In this document: positions 55,396 through 64,000 of the stretch, piece after piece
How positions within the stretch are numbered: the first letter of the stretch is position 1
Layout: every line of letters begins with the position of its first letter
Virus record (IMG/VR): IMGVR_UViG_3300014914_000004
Coordinates: 1 to 64,000 of that record
From: a virus
Length of the DNA stretch: 64,000 nt
Reading direction: 5' to 3' (one strand)
The notes under the pieces: model-generated
Seen by the model: the letters and a program-made list of their open reading frames with translations, nothing else
The model's database searches: none
What the model was told of the DNA's origin: nothing
Position numbers and translations under genes: made by a program

Positions 55396-58074
55396 ATGTC
55401 TGACCAGAATATTTATTTTGAGCATGCTGGTGATACCGGTGAGCGCGCTGATGCTGAATCGATTGAGCCTTACAATGATGGGGAGCCTGCTGGCCAGACG
55501 GTGTTCCGTAGGCCTCCAGAGAACCTGAGGTACCGAACAGAAGTGTTACGTACTGCAGGAGAAGACGGCAAGTACTTACAAGACTCCGATATGCGTTGGC
55601 TCATTTCCGGAGGCAACGATGTGGGTGCGGCTGCTGGGAGTCTGATGCCTACGGTTACGTGGGATAAAACTGCGGGATCTTTTATAATTTCAAATAACAT
55701 TGTAGTGCAGCCAATGAGTACTCCTGCAGCAGACGCGAAAGCGTCTAAGGCGTACACGTTTGGAGTAGCTCCTACTGATGTGGTCTTCACGTTTACGTCG
55801 CTTCTGTTTGCATATGAAGGAGCCAATCAGCGGAGAATTGTGTGGGAGGCTAAGCCATCGGCAGAGATCCCTGGAGGGGTGTGTAGCGCCGTGGTGTCTG
55901 GTGATCCAGAGCATATCCTGACAATCACAGTAAAGGACACCTGGGATACTCAGGCGCAAGACGTAGATAACGCACTGACAGCTATCGCGGTTGATCTGGT
56001 TACCATGGGGATCTCCTACACCATGGTAGGTATCGTGAGTGTAAACATCTCTGCTCTCCCTACAGACGCGGATTTCGTTCTCAATTCTACGTGGGAACGT
56101 GAACTACATTACATCACTCCAGCACAGATTGTAGACTTCTTTACGGCACCAGCGAATGCGTTAGCTGATGGGGACACTCTCAGTATCTGGTACGACTGGC
56201 TCTACGATGACATCAGTGGAAACAATGGAGGAAGGAGACAGTCCTCCACCTCCACAGTAGACATAGGTACAGGCTTCCCGCCAAATACCCATGTCACATC
56301 AGGCCAGATGTTTAAGACTACCGCGGAGGCGGAGAAGATTCCTCTTTCGATCCCGCTTTGTAAGCGTATAGGCGATGACCTTATATTCATAGACGGTACC
56401 GTAGTTAAAGGGGATGCAGTACACCCTGAAGGGTATACAAATCTGCCTTTCTCCACTAACGGGTACATCACAGATGCCGCCCTAACATGGTGGGTACTGA
56501 GTGGGTACTTAACTCCTCATACCCACGACGGGCAGTCCGTATCGGATTGGCCTATCATCGCAGATACTCTTCAGGTTAACCTGGAAGCACTGCAGGTTTA
56601 TCTCAATGACAAAGGTTCTCTTATTGCGAATGAGACCGCCACAGGGGACTGGGCAATAGATGGAGACTGGGTATTCCGTGCTCTGGCCGAGTTCCGAGGA
56701 CGTATTGACCTTGAGCACTCAGCGTATATTCGAGGAGAAGCAGTTGCACAAAATGTTGCAGCGCTCCTATTCCGCTCTAACGGGATCACCTCAGATGCAG
56801 CAGTAGAGGCCACAACAGTTTCCACGTACGCTTTTGATTGGCGACCTACTGTTGCCGATCCTGCTGTAGGTACATATGTTACGCTGACTGGAGCGTGGCT
56901 TGAAATAGACCTGACGGTACCGGCAACTCCGGTAATCATCCTGCACGTAGCTCCAGGGACAACTCCCGGAACACGTACACAGGTACTACTGCATATTGAA
57001 GCCGGAAGCCACCATGAGAGCCTTGCATGGGATACTACTGCTGGAACTACGGTGACACTGGGAGTAACTTCTCCTGATTACAATTTTAAGCTAGCTCCTG
57101 CAACAGGGTCGAATTCAGGTACGGCTGAATACAAAGGTGCTTCGTTTGAGTTTTTACGTTCGGATGTACACGTAGAACAAGAGGCGTTGATCCATAACAT
57201 ATTGCGACTGTGTAATAGCGGCTACAGTCCTACGACTACTGACGGCAAGATACTGTTATCCAGTTCACAAGATGACTCTAATGAGTGGAAGCTCTACAAA
57301 GAAACACCATACAGTGCTACGTTGCCGGGAGTGCAGTGGTATTACAAAGATGCGGCTGGAGTATCTGGAACGTATGCGGAGCCGGGTTTGTGGTACCGCA
57401 TGGCAATTAACTGTAGGTGGACAGCTGGAACACCTGCCACGTGGACACAAGTAGACTCCCACGTACCTAGTAGGATGGTTGAATACACCCCTATGGGAGT
57501 ACGTACATACCAAAAAGACGCTTTTGGCGGGTCGCCTATTGTACCTTGGGACGATACGCCTAACGCTGGAGACTGGGATGATTTCTGGGAGAGCGAGCCA
57601 AGAGTAAGAGCTGGAGTGCGATACCCGGACGGGTCTAATATTGCTACAGACTACTCTACCGCATTTCCTGTCTCAAAGGTATTTGCACAGTCTTTCCCCA
57701 CTGCTGGTTATGAAGAAGTGCTAGATAATATTATGGACTGGAGAGGTAGGCGGGCCTTTATTCGTGCTGTGGTATGTGAAGATCTCACAATTCTAGGCGA
57801 CGATGGAGCGGCAGAAGATGCGTTAGAGGCTCGTTTTGCACTTGAAAAGATAGCGGTACTTACGTCGGCACCTACGACTAAAACTTATAAGTTTGAACAA
57901 GCATGGCCTGGTAGGGCGGACTTCGGTGCGACAAGTGTGTATATTATCGAGCGAGACATCAATCACTATATCGAGGTATACGTTAAGCCTGATGGGAATT
58001 TGGCTGCTAAGTCGAACGTTTCCGGTATGAGCGCTATTGTCTGGATTACGCCTACCACTAAGGGCGTCTATTGA
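55396..58074 (+). CDS. tail fibre protein
   Basis: AAGGAG RBS; DGEPA...RPPENLRYRT N-terminal fibre motif; HTH metal-binding motif; aromatic-rich distal part. Confidence 0.65.
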   Translation: MSDQNIYFEHAGDTGERADAESIEPYNDGEPAGQTVFRRPPENLRYRTEVLRTAGEDGKYLQDSDMRWLISGGNDVGAAAGSLMPTVTWDKTAGSFIISNNIVVQPMSTPAADAKASKAYTFGVAPTDVVFTFTSLLFAYEGANQRRIVWEAKPSAEIPGGVCSAVVSGDPEHILTITVKDTWDTQAQDVDNALTAIAVDLVTMGISYTMVGIVSVNISALPTDADFVLNSTWERELHYITPAQIVDFFTAPANALADGDTLSIWYDWLYDDISGNNGGRRQSSTSTVDIGTGFPPNTHVTSGQMFKTTAEAEKIPLSIPLCKRIGDDLIFIDGTVVKGDAVHPEGYTNLPFSTNGYITDAALTWWVLSGYLTPHTHDGQSVSDWPIIADTLQVNLEALQVYLNDKGSLIANETATGDWAIDGDWVFRALAEFRGRIDLEHSAYIRGEAVAQNVAALLFRSNGITSDAAVEATTVSTYAFDWRPTVADPAVGTYVTLTGAWLEIDLTVPATPVIILHVAPGTTPGTRTQVLLHIEAGSHHESLAWDTTAGTTVTLGVTSPDYNFKLAPATGSNSGTAEYKGASFEFLRSDVHVEQEALIHNILRLCNSGYSPTTTDGKILLSSSQDDSNEWKLYKETPYSATLPGVQWYYKDAAGVSGTYAEPGLWYRMAINCRWTAGTPATWTQVDSHVPSRMVEYTPMGVRTYQKDAFGGSPIVPWDDTPNAGDWDDFWESEPRVRAGVRYPDGSNIATDYSTAFPVSKVFAQSFPTAGYEEVLDNIMDWRGRRAFIRAVVCEDLTILGDDGAAEDALEARFALEKIAVLTSAPTTKTYKFEQAWPGRADFGATSVYIIERDINHYIEVYVKPDGNLAAKSNVSGMSAIVWITPTTKGVY

Positions 58075-58553
58075 AAAAAAGCCGTCCCCGGAGAAACGCT
58101 TATCGTAGCCTGCGCTCCACTCTGCAACCACACCATTATTCCATTAGCCAGATCTGTCTTAGGTGTAGCTGCCCCTGGGGAAGCAATAGATGCCAGGTTG
58201 GACATCAGGTTCACGGGAGCCGGCTTACCTATCACAGCGCTCGCAATAGCCCACATGCCAGCAATGTTGGTGTTGAGATACGCAAGAAACGCAGCTTCCA
58301 TAAGCGCGCCACTTGAAGCGGGATCTAACGGTGCAGTGAACGCCTGAGTGAGAGGGCCTATCATGGCTTGTTTGGCGGCGGGAGAAAGATTGGTGCCCAT
58401 CGTGATGGGTGTCCCATTGAGGGACGCATAGCCAAAAAAAGTCGCAAAGATATCTGTGAAGGCCGCAGCTGCATCTACCGGCTGAGCCAATGGTTTTTGA
58501 TCATATGCTTTTAGATCAAGAATGAATTGGCTCAGACCGGCAGGCAACGGCAT
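58068..58553 (-). CDS. Ala/Pro-rich hypothetical protein, possibly structural
   Basis: GAGGT RBS before MPLPAG at 58553. Confidence 0.6.
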   Translation of the reverse strand: MPLPAGLSQFILDLKAYDQKPLAQPVDAAAAFTDIFATFFGYASLNGTPITMGTNLSPAAKQAMIGPLTQAFTAPLDPASSGALMEAAFLAYLNTNIAGMWAIASAVIGKPAPVNLMSNLASIASPGAATPKTDLANGIMVWLQSGAQATISVSPGTAFFQ

Positions 58554-58557
58554 GACT

Positions 58558-58767
58558 TTACCTCGTAAAGGACGTACTTGAGAGGGGGAGCATTTCCTCC
58601 AGCTCAAAGTATTCAGTTGGACGTGAGAATTGAAGTCTTAGTTTATCTGTACCCCGTAAACATTTAAGGCACAGGGCACACACGACTTTGTTGTTCTGAG
58701 TTACAACCAGAGCGTCATTGTCAAAGACATTGTCGCATCCTTCGAACTCACAGATTATGTTATCCAT
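58558..58767 (-). CDS. small zinc-finger protein
   Basis: AGGAG RBS; CEFEGC...CLKC. Confidence 0.7.
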   Translation of the reverse strand: MDNIICEFEGCDNVFDNDALVVTQNNKVVCALCLKCLRGTDKLRLQFSRPTEYFELEEMLPLSSTSFTR

Positions 58768-58776
58768 ATCAGTCTC

Positions 58777-61407
58777 CTATCCGCACACTCCACTATTATA
58801 GGAGCAGTTGCGGCATGTTGTACAGGTACCAGTTCGGACTAGCGGGTGTCCACACGTCGGACAGGTATCCTCACTTAGGTCTGGGATATCCGAAAGACTC
58901 GGTGCAGGCACTTCCGAGTCTGTGTCGAGGAACTTCAGACGTAGCCATCGAGCAGTGTAGTCCATTATAGACTGTGCCATTTGGATATCGGGGTTCTTCG
59001 TTATGCCGGAGGGCGGGAACTTGGAGCCTTCCATGTGGGAGATGAGCTCCTCGAGGGGTATCCCATACTGGAGTGCTTTGGAGAAGAGCGTAGCGTAACT
59101 GTCGAGCAGCCCTCCTACTGTAGACCCGAATCGTGCTACACGAATGAACAGCTCCATAGGCTCTTTGGTTTCAGGATTCAATCCTATGTGGAAGTACCCG
59201 TGGTGTGTGCCTATCTGGAACCCATGTCTGTGTGTAGGAAGATCCTCGGGAGGCTTTATCCGTTGAGGTATCTGTCGGACATCTGTCTTTTGCTTGAGCT
59301 CTGTAATCCTAAGAGGCTCACTCATCTTTGAGCCACGTCGATATAGAGCAACACACTTCAGCTTCATTTCCCAGGCACGAAGGAGAGCTCTTTCCACATC
59401 TTTCACAGATGCTTCGTGTGGCATGTTGAACGTCTTAGACACCGCTCCTGACAGGAAAGGTTGCACTGCAGCCACCATTCCAATATGTCCCTCTACCGAA
59501 ATGTGCCGTGTTTGTCCCGGCACCGTCAGCGCACAGTCGAATATCGGTAAGTGCTCAGAGGCCAACAGCGTATCTTCCAAGTGGCCTTTCTCTTGTATCT
59601 GGACATACAGTGTAGCTATCTCTTCTTCTGTATATTCCAGTGCCTGAAGAGCCTCAGTTACGTTGGGATTAACGTAAGTCATCAGCCCTCCACCTACCAT
59701 GGACTTCGTTTTCTGGAGGCTTATGTCAGGTTCGATTCCTGTAGTAGCTACTCCCATCATGAATCCAGTGGTCCCTGTAGGAGCCAGGAGCGTCACCTGT
59801 GCGTTTCGGAACCCGGTAGCCTGTTCTACAGATTTCCTGCGTCCCAGGCCTATCCCCGTAACGTCCTGCCACGCTTTCACGGCAACTCCCTGGAGCGTGA
59901 GAACGTCTTTGTTCAGCTTCTTTGTATCGGAGTAGTGGAGGTCAATAACGTCTGACATGGAAGATTGGTTTGCTTCATAGTGGCTGAAGGGTTCCAGACG
60001 TGCGGCAATATATGAACTCATGAGGTATGCCTGAGCGGTCATCAGACTTGTAATAGATGCGGCTACGTTCCTGCCTTCGTCACTGTCGTATGGGAGCGCC
60101 ATGTGCATCAGCAGGCCGCCCAGGTTAGCGTACCCCAGGCCCAATGGGCGATAAGAAATGCTGTTTTTCCTGATAGCTTTTGTAGGATAGGCTCCTAACT
60201 CTACCAGAATATCCTGCGCGAGAATCATAACGTTAACTACGTGCTTGAAGCGCGTGGTATCAAAAGTAGTTGCGTCAACCAGGAAGCGGTCCAGATTGAT
60301 ACTGGCCAGGTTACACGCAGAGTCTTTCAGCCATAGAAACTCACTGCAGGGATTGGAGCCAGTTATCTCCCCGTCTCCGGAGCAGGTATTGTAGTTGTTT
60401 ATCGTGTCGTGGAACTGCACTCCCGGGTCACCACAAGCGTGCGCAGCTTTTGCTATTTGTGTGAATAGTGCTTTGGAAGAAACTGTTTTTGCTGTGTCCC
60501 CTCCTACTCTATTGACGAGCTTCCAATCTACGTCTGGGCGATAGCCACGTACGATCTCCTGGATATTCTGCATGAACTCGTCTGTTAGGCGTACGGAGTT
60601 GTTACCGCTCTGGTGCTTAGCGTGAATGTATGCGCTGTTAGGGTCGTTCCATTCAGGAGTGATTCCGCCCTCAGCCAGAACCTCAACTATCCGTTCCTCC
60701 TTTACCTTACATTCAATAAATTCTTCAATGTCCGGATGGTCTGCGTCAAGCATCACCATACGGGCGGCTCTACGCATCCTTCCTCCAGACAGGATCACAT
60801 TAGCGAAGGCATCGTACCCTTGCATAAAGGACACGGGCCCTGACGCAGTGCCTCCTCCTTTGAGCTTCTCAGTGGATGCGCGCAAGGGTGACAGGTTGAC
60901 GCCACTCCCCGAACCATCTTTAAAGATCATACCTTCTACTTTGGCGAGGTCTAAGATGGAGGACATATCGTCAACTATGGAATTGATGAAGCACGCAGAT
61001 ACCTGCGGGTTCTTCACGCCTGCAACTCCCACGTTAAACCAGACCGGGGAGTTGAAGGTGGCTAACTGGTGGACTAGAATGTACGTCAGTTCTTTACTGA
61101 ACACAGCGGCTTCTGCGTCATCCGCAAAGTATTGCTGTTCGACGCCACTAGACGTAATGGCCTTCACTACGCGGTGAATCATTGAGCGAATGCTGGTTTC
61201 GGGAGTTCCATCAGTTCTGGATTCTTTGAAGTACTTGCTGGCTACTACTTGCCGAGATTCATCGCTCCAGTCAGCGGGGAACTCTGCATCGAGACACTCG
61301 TAGATAGTATTGCCATCTTTGTCCTTGGTTGTGATGTCGGTTTTTTCCCATTGAATTTGGGCGAACGGATCTTCTTCTTCTGTGAACAATTGCTTGAGTT
61401 GAAACAT
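58777..61407 (-). CDS. nrdJ: class II (adenosylcobalamin-dependent) ribonucleotide reductase with C-terminal TSCPD and Zn ribbon
   Basis: FNSPVWFN, QVSACFI, GGRMRRAA, NPCSE, LGLGYANLG, APTGT, SGAVSKT, CPTC..CRNC..VCG. Confidence 0.93.
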   Translation of the reverse strand: MFQLKQLFTEEEDPFAQIQWEKTDITTKDKDGNTIYECLDAEFPADWSDESRQVVASKYFKESRTDGTPETSIRSMIHRVVKAITSSGVEQQYFADDAEAAVFSKELTYILVHQLATFNSPVWFNVGVAGVKNPQVSACFINSIVDDMSSILDLAKVEGMIFKDGSGSGVNLSPLRASTEKLKGGGTASGPVSFMQGYDAFANVILSGGRMRRAARMVMLDADHPDIEEFIECKVKEERIVEVLAEGGITPEWNDPNSAYIHAKHQSGNNSVRLTDEFMQNIQEIVRGYRPDVDWKLVNRVGGDTAKTVSSKALFTQIAKAAHACGDPGVQFHDTINNYNTCSGDGEITGSNPCSEFLWLKDSACNLASINLDRFLVDATTFDTTRFKHVVNVMILAQDILVELGAYPTKAIRKNSISYRPLGLGYANLGGLLMHMALPYDSDEGRNVAASITSLMTAQAYLMSSYIAARLEPFSHYEANQSSMSDVIDLHYSDTKKLNKDVLTLQGVAVKAWQDVTGIGLGRRKSVEQATGFRNAQVTLLAPTGTTGFMMGVATTGIEPDISLQKTKSMVGGGLMTYVNPNVTEALQALEYTEEEIATLYVQIQEKGHLEDTLLASEHLPIFDCALTVPGQTRHISVEGHIGMVAAVQPFLSGAVSKTFNMPHEASVKDVERALLRAWEMKLKCVALYRRGSKMSEPLRITELKQKTDVRQIPQRIKPPEDLPTHRHGFQIGTHHGYFHIGLNPETKEPMELFIRVARFGSTVGGLLDSYATLFSKALQYGIPLEELISHMEGSKFPPSGITKNPDIQMAQSIMDYTARWLRLKFLDTDSEVPAPSLSDIPDLSEDTCPTCGHPLVRTGTCTTCRNCSYNSGVCG

Positions 61408-61410
61408 TTT

Positions 61411-61968
61411 TTACATGCCTTTGGTGTAAGTAAAGTGGGCACGGTCTTTGTGCACGGTCTCCCTTATACCGTGAATTACCTCTAATTGATGACGCTTCAC
61501 AGGAGGGGTATCGAAGAACCCCTGCGCTAGGTGTGCGAGCCATGCAGCGTCCGCTTCATCATCGGGCAGCAGGATACCCCACTCTTTTTTCGCTGCTGCA
61601 ATCATTTTGTTCTTGGTAGCTGCGCCGTGGGCAGCACCGTATTTCTTTAGCTGTGCAGGAGGAATAACCAGGAACGGAAGCTTGAATTGGAGCAACGCCA
61701 GGAGGAGGACCCCCCGTACTTGTCCCATGTCGTCTGCTCGAGTATTCGCGTTGTACGCTGCCCCTTCGATACAGGCCCCGCTTAGCTCTGCGCCTTTTTC
61801 AGTTAGGAGCGTATGTACTCGGTCATGGATCTCAAATAGGCGGTCTGCCCCTTTGCACTGGGTTTTTATTGTCTCAGTGTACAGGCTACCCTGGATGAGA
61901 ATTGCGAGGCCCGTGCTGCGAGGAGAAGGATCAATCCCTAGGTAACTTCTTGACGGTAGTGTTGACAT
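61411..61968 (-). CDS. RuvC-like Holliday junction resolvase
   Basis: YLGIDPS..TG, IEG, LKK...G.A.K..M, DDEADA. Confidence 0.85.
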   Translation of the reverse strand: MSTLPSRSYLGIDPSPRSTGLAILIQGSLYTETIKTQCKGADRLFEIHDRVHTLLTEKGAELSGACIEGAAYNANTRADDMGQVRGVLLLALLQFKLPFLVIPPAQLKKYGAAHGAATKNKMIAAAKKEWGILLPDDEADAAWLAHLAQGFFDTPPVKRHQLEVIHGIRETVHKDRAHFTYTKGM

Positions 61969-62013
61969 GGCTTACTATTTTTGGCAGATAATACGAGAAA
62001 GGTCAAACGGTAA

Positions 62014-62691
62014 ATGGCCCAGCTAACCATTGAATACGATAAAGATATTTTGGGCTCAGGGTACTACATGAAAACTGAAGTGCTGCCGTTTCCTGCGACG
62101 GAACCTGCCGGCACTTTGGAGGAGTCCATCATAATCCAGGAAGCAAGTACCTCGCAGGACGAACGTATCCTGCGTATTGCGAATCCTACAGAACTCGTGG
62201 ATCTGGCAGTGGCCACTCCTTTGGTGTTCTACAATGCTACAGAGTTTTCTGGCGTGACCGTCAATCCAGGAGACACCTTACGTCTACCTATGCGGGATGA
62301 GTGGGTGAAGCTCGGACACGTAGGTACGTTCCTGGACTTCATGGTTCTCGCACAGTTCGGTGCGATAATTGAAATTGATGTTGCGGGTGCGGTGTATCCT
62401 TTCCCCTCTTTCTGTCGCGGGTCATTCCAGGTTTATTCCGGGTACCCAGGGCCCTCAGGACCTCTTCCCTGGCCGATACCGTACAGCACAGGAACCAACG
62501 GATACACTGTTCGAAACAGTATCGGCAACTCAGATGCAGTGCGTATTTCAGAGCACGTAGATATGTTCGCGGATATCACTGTAGGGGCGAATAAGCAGGC
62601 AGCTCTTAGCTCTGAAGCACAGGCGCTCGTGGATGCCACGAATATAGACGAGACGGAATTCTCCGGAATAGACATTGAGGTATACGAATGA
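62014..62691 (+). CDS. putative structural protein, paralog 1 of 3
   Basis: RIANP.EL...EFSG....Y shared motif, with central insertion. Confidence 0.65.
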   Translation: MAQLTIEYDKDILGSGYYMKTEVLPFPATEPAGTLEESIIIQEASTSQDERILRIANPTELVDLAVATPLVFYNATEFSGVTVNPGDTLRLPMRDEWVKLGHVGTFLDFMVLAQFGAIIEIDVAGAVYPFPSFCRGSFQVYSGYPGPSGPLPWPIPYSTGTNGYTVRNSIGNSDAVRISEHVDMFADITVGANKQAALSSEAQALVDATNIDETEFSGIDIEVYE

Positions 62692-63059
62692 GTGTCACTA
62701 TTGACCTTAGGGTTGTGCAGTCGCTTATTGAGGGCGGAGGTTACCGCGTAAAGATGGACGTGCTATACGCTACAGGGATTGCTCCTGAAATTTTCGTGTA
62801 CACTGCCGACTGCAATGAGTTCTCACACGTAGCTACCCCATTTGACATAGAAAATATCCCGTACGTTACTTCGGAAGAGGCAGAACTCCACGGCTACAAT
62901 TACTACCGAAAAGCAGGGGTAATAGAAGACCGTAATACGGTAGAGAGTGCCGAAGCTTATTCGAACTACACAAAAGAACGAGTAGCATTTTTAGCAAGAG
63001 AGTTCCCGAAAGCTATTGACGGCTTCGAAGGAACTAACGACTACACGTACACAGGATAG
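62688..63059 (+). CDS. putative structural protein, paralog 2 of 3
   Basis: IFVY...FSHVATPFDIEN...ERV...FEG....Y. Confidence 0.7.
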   Translation: MSVTIDLRVVQSLIEGGGYRVKMDVLYATGIAPEIFVYTADCNEFSHVATPFDIENIPYVTSEEAELHGYNYYRKAGVIEDRNTVESAEAYSNYTKERVAFLAREFPKAIDGFEGTNDYTYTG

Positions 63060-63061
63060 CA

Positions 63062-64000
63062 ATGTTAACTACAACAGTAGACCAGGAATGTCTCCAGGAA
63101 ATGTTAGCGGACGGTACGCTGAAGTACACGATCATCACTACTGTGGTGGACAAAGGGGAACTACCTTACCTGCAGTTCTTTGTGTACAGCGTAGTCGACC
63201 CTGCTGATCCTAAAGATGACACCTTCGAGCGTGTAGGTAATCCTTACGACTTGGAGAACGTTAACAATAACCGCACCGCTGCAATTATTGCAGGAGAGAC
63301 TACGTACCTATCGTCAGAACTTCGGAGAGAGTATTTAACGCTGGATGTCGCAGTACAGGCAAAAGACGCCGTAAAGTCTCGCGTTAATGACGGAGTAAAG
63401 GCCTGGTACACATACGTCACTGAGTTTGAAGGGTCTTCTTCTGATGTATACCCCACAGTAGATCCTTCCTACGAACAGGCGCTTATCAACGCGTACACTG
63501 CAGCCAAGGTGGCTCGCGTTGCTGCGGAAGGTACCGTAACTGACGCAGACACTGATGTAACTGTCGCTGAAGCGGAGGCGTCTGCTGCCGCACAGATTGT
63601 TGCTATCTATCAGAGTGAAAAATCTTTCTGTGACTCAGCCCGACTGGTGGCATGGACAAATTACTACGGTGCGGTAGGCTCATTCTCTTCCAGCATTGTA
63701 ACGCAGAACAACAGATACAGCGGGTTCATTACGAGTATCACTGCGGCTTATGATGCTCACTCTGGGTCTACTTACCCGGTAGCACCTACAGATCCCGACT
63801 GGAGCACGGTATTCACTGCACTGAATTCTTACAGTAGTGACCCTGCAAATTTCCAAACAGGACCTCTCGCACTATTCCAGTCCTCGGAAAACTACGGAGC
63901 TACATTGGATGCTGAGTTTGCAGCATTCTGTGCCGCTGCAGCGGCGAACTACACAGCCGCTCTTGGACAGAAACAAGCTAAAGACCAGGCCGTTGCAACT
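63062..64000 (+). CDS. putative structural protein, paralog 3 of 3 with helical extension, 3'-truncated
   Basis: Hand translation open to the window end: MLTTTVDQ...FFVY...FERVGNPYDLEN...SRV...EFEG....Y, then Ala-rich helices. Confidence 0.75.
   Translation, partial: MLTTTVDQECLQEMLADGTLKYTIITTVVDKGELPYLQFFVYSVVDPADPKDDTFERVGNPYDLENVNNNRTAAIIAGETTYLSSELRREYLTLDVAVQAKDAVKSRVNDGVKAWYTYVTEFEGSSSDVYPTVDPSYEQALINAYTAAKVARVAAEGTVTDADTDVTVAEAEASAAAQIVAIYQSEKSFCDSARLVAWTNYYGAVGSFSSSIVTQNNRYSGFITSITAAYDAHSGSTYPVAPTDPDWSTVFTALNSYSSDPANFQTGPLALFQSSENYGATLDAEFAAFCAAAAANYTAALGQKQAKDQAVAT

Noticed and set aside
27343-58074. Host-encoded eCIS/tailocin instead of a phage
   Set aside because: Interleaved with nrdJ, dNMP kinase, DinG, RuvC-like, a sigma factor and a typical phage orphan cluster; no host housekeeping genes
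7477-58074. Diversity-generating retroelement or invertible fibre shufflon
   Set aside because: No reverse transcriptase, recombinase or adenine-variant TR/VR pair seen; shared fibre domains are diverged at DNA level
58777-61407. Intein or intron in nrdJ
   Set aside because: Continuous ORF of ordinary length with no intein splice motifs or homing endonuclease signature

Overview
64 kb fragment of a large (probably jumbo-class) contractile-tailed bacteriophage using the standard genetic code. It has no host housekeeping genes, and I saw no integrase, tRNA or CRISPR array. Layout: (1) 1-7.4 kb, a dense run of small + strand accessory ORFs (many Cys/Zn-finger, a DUF4120-like protein, a SAM methyltransferase) ending at a terminator. 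(2) 7.5-14.2 kb, a fibre/receptor-binding cassette. (3) 14.4-19.9 kb, a permuted NlpC/P60 peptidase, thermonuclease, HExxH peptidase and DHH phosphoesterase. (4) 20-27.2 kb, a - strand block with a holin-like protein, dNMP kinase, exported lysozyme-fold protein and DinG helicase. (5) 27.3-58 kb, tail morphogenesis: frameshifting assembly chaperones, tape measure, long fibres/depolymerase, baseplate hub with an inserted lytic transglycosylase, a phage sigma factor, an amidase, gp25/J/I-like wedge proteins and a tail fibre. (6) - strand nrdJ and a RuvC-like resolvase. (7) Three tandem paralogous genes at the right end. The most unusual signal is a 3 x 30-nt hairpin array at 14241-14330 with fully compensatory stems. 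Its conserved loop matches a TGGTWWAAG motif that also precedes three non-structural transcription units. Several other structured intergenic RNAs and a modular fibre system with shared N- and C-terminal domains are also visible. All calls come from reading motifs by eye; no database searches were run.
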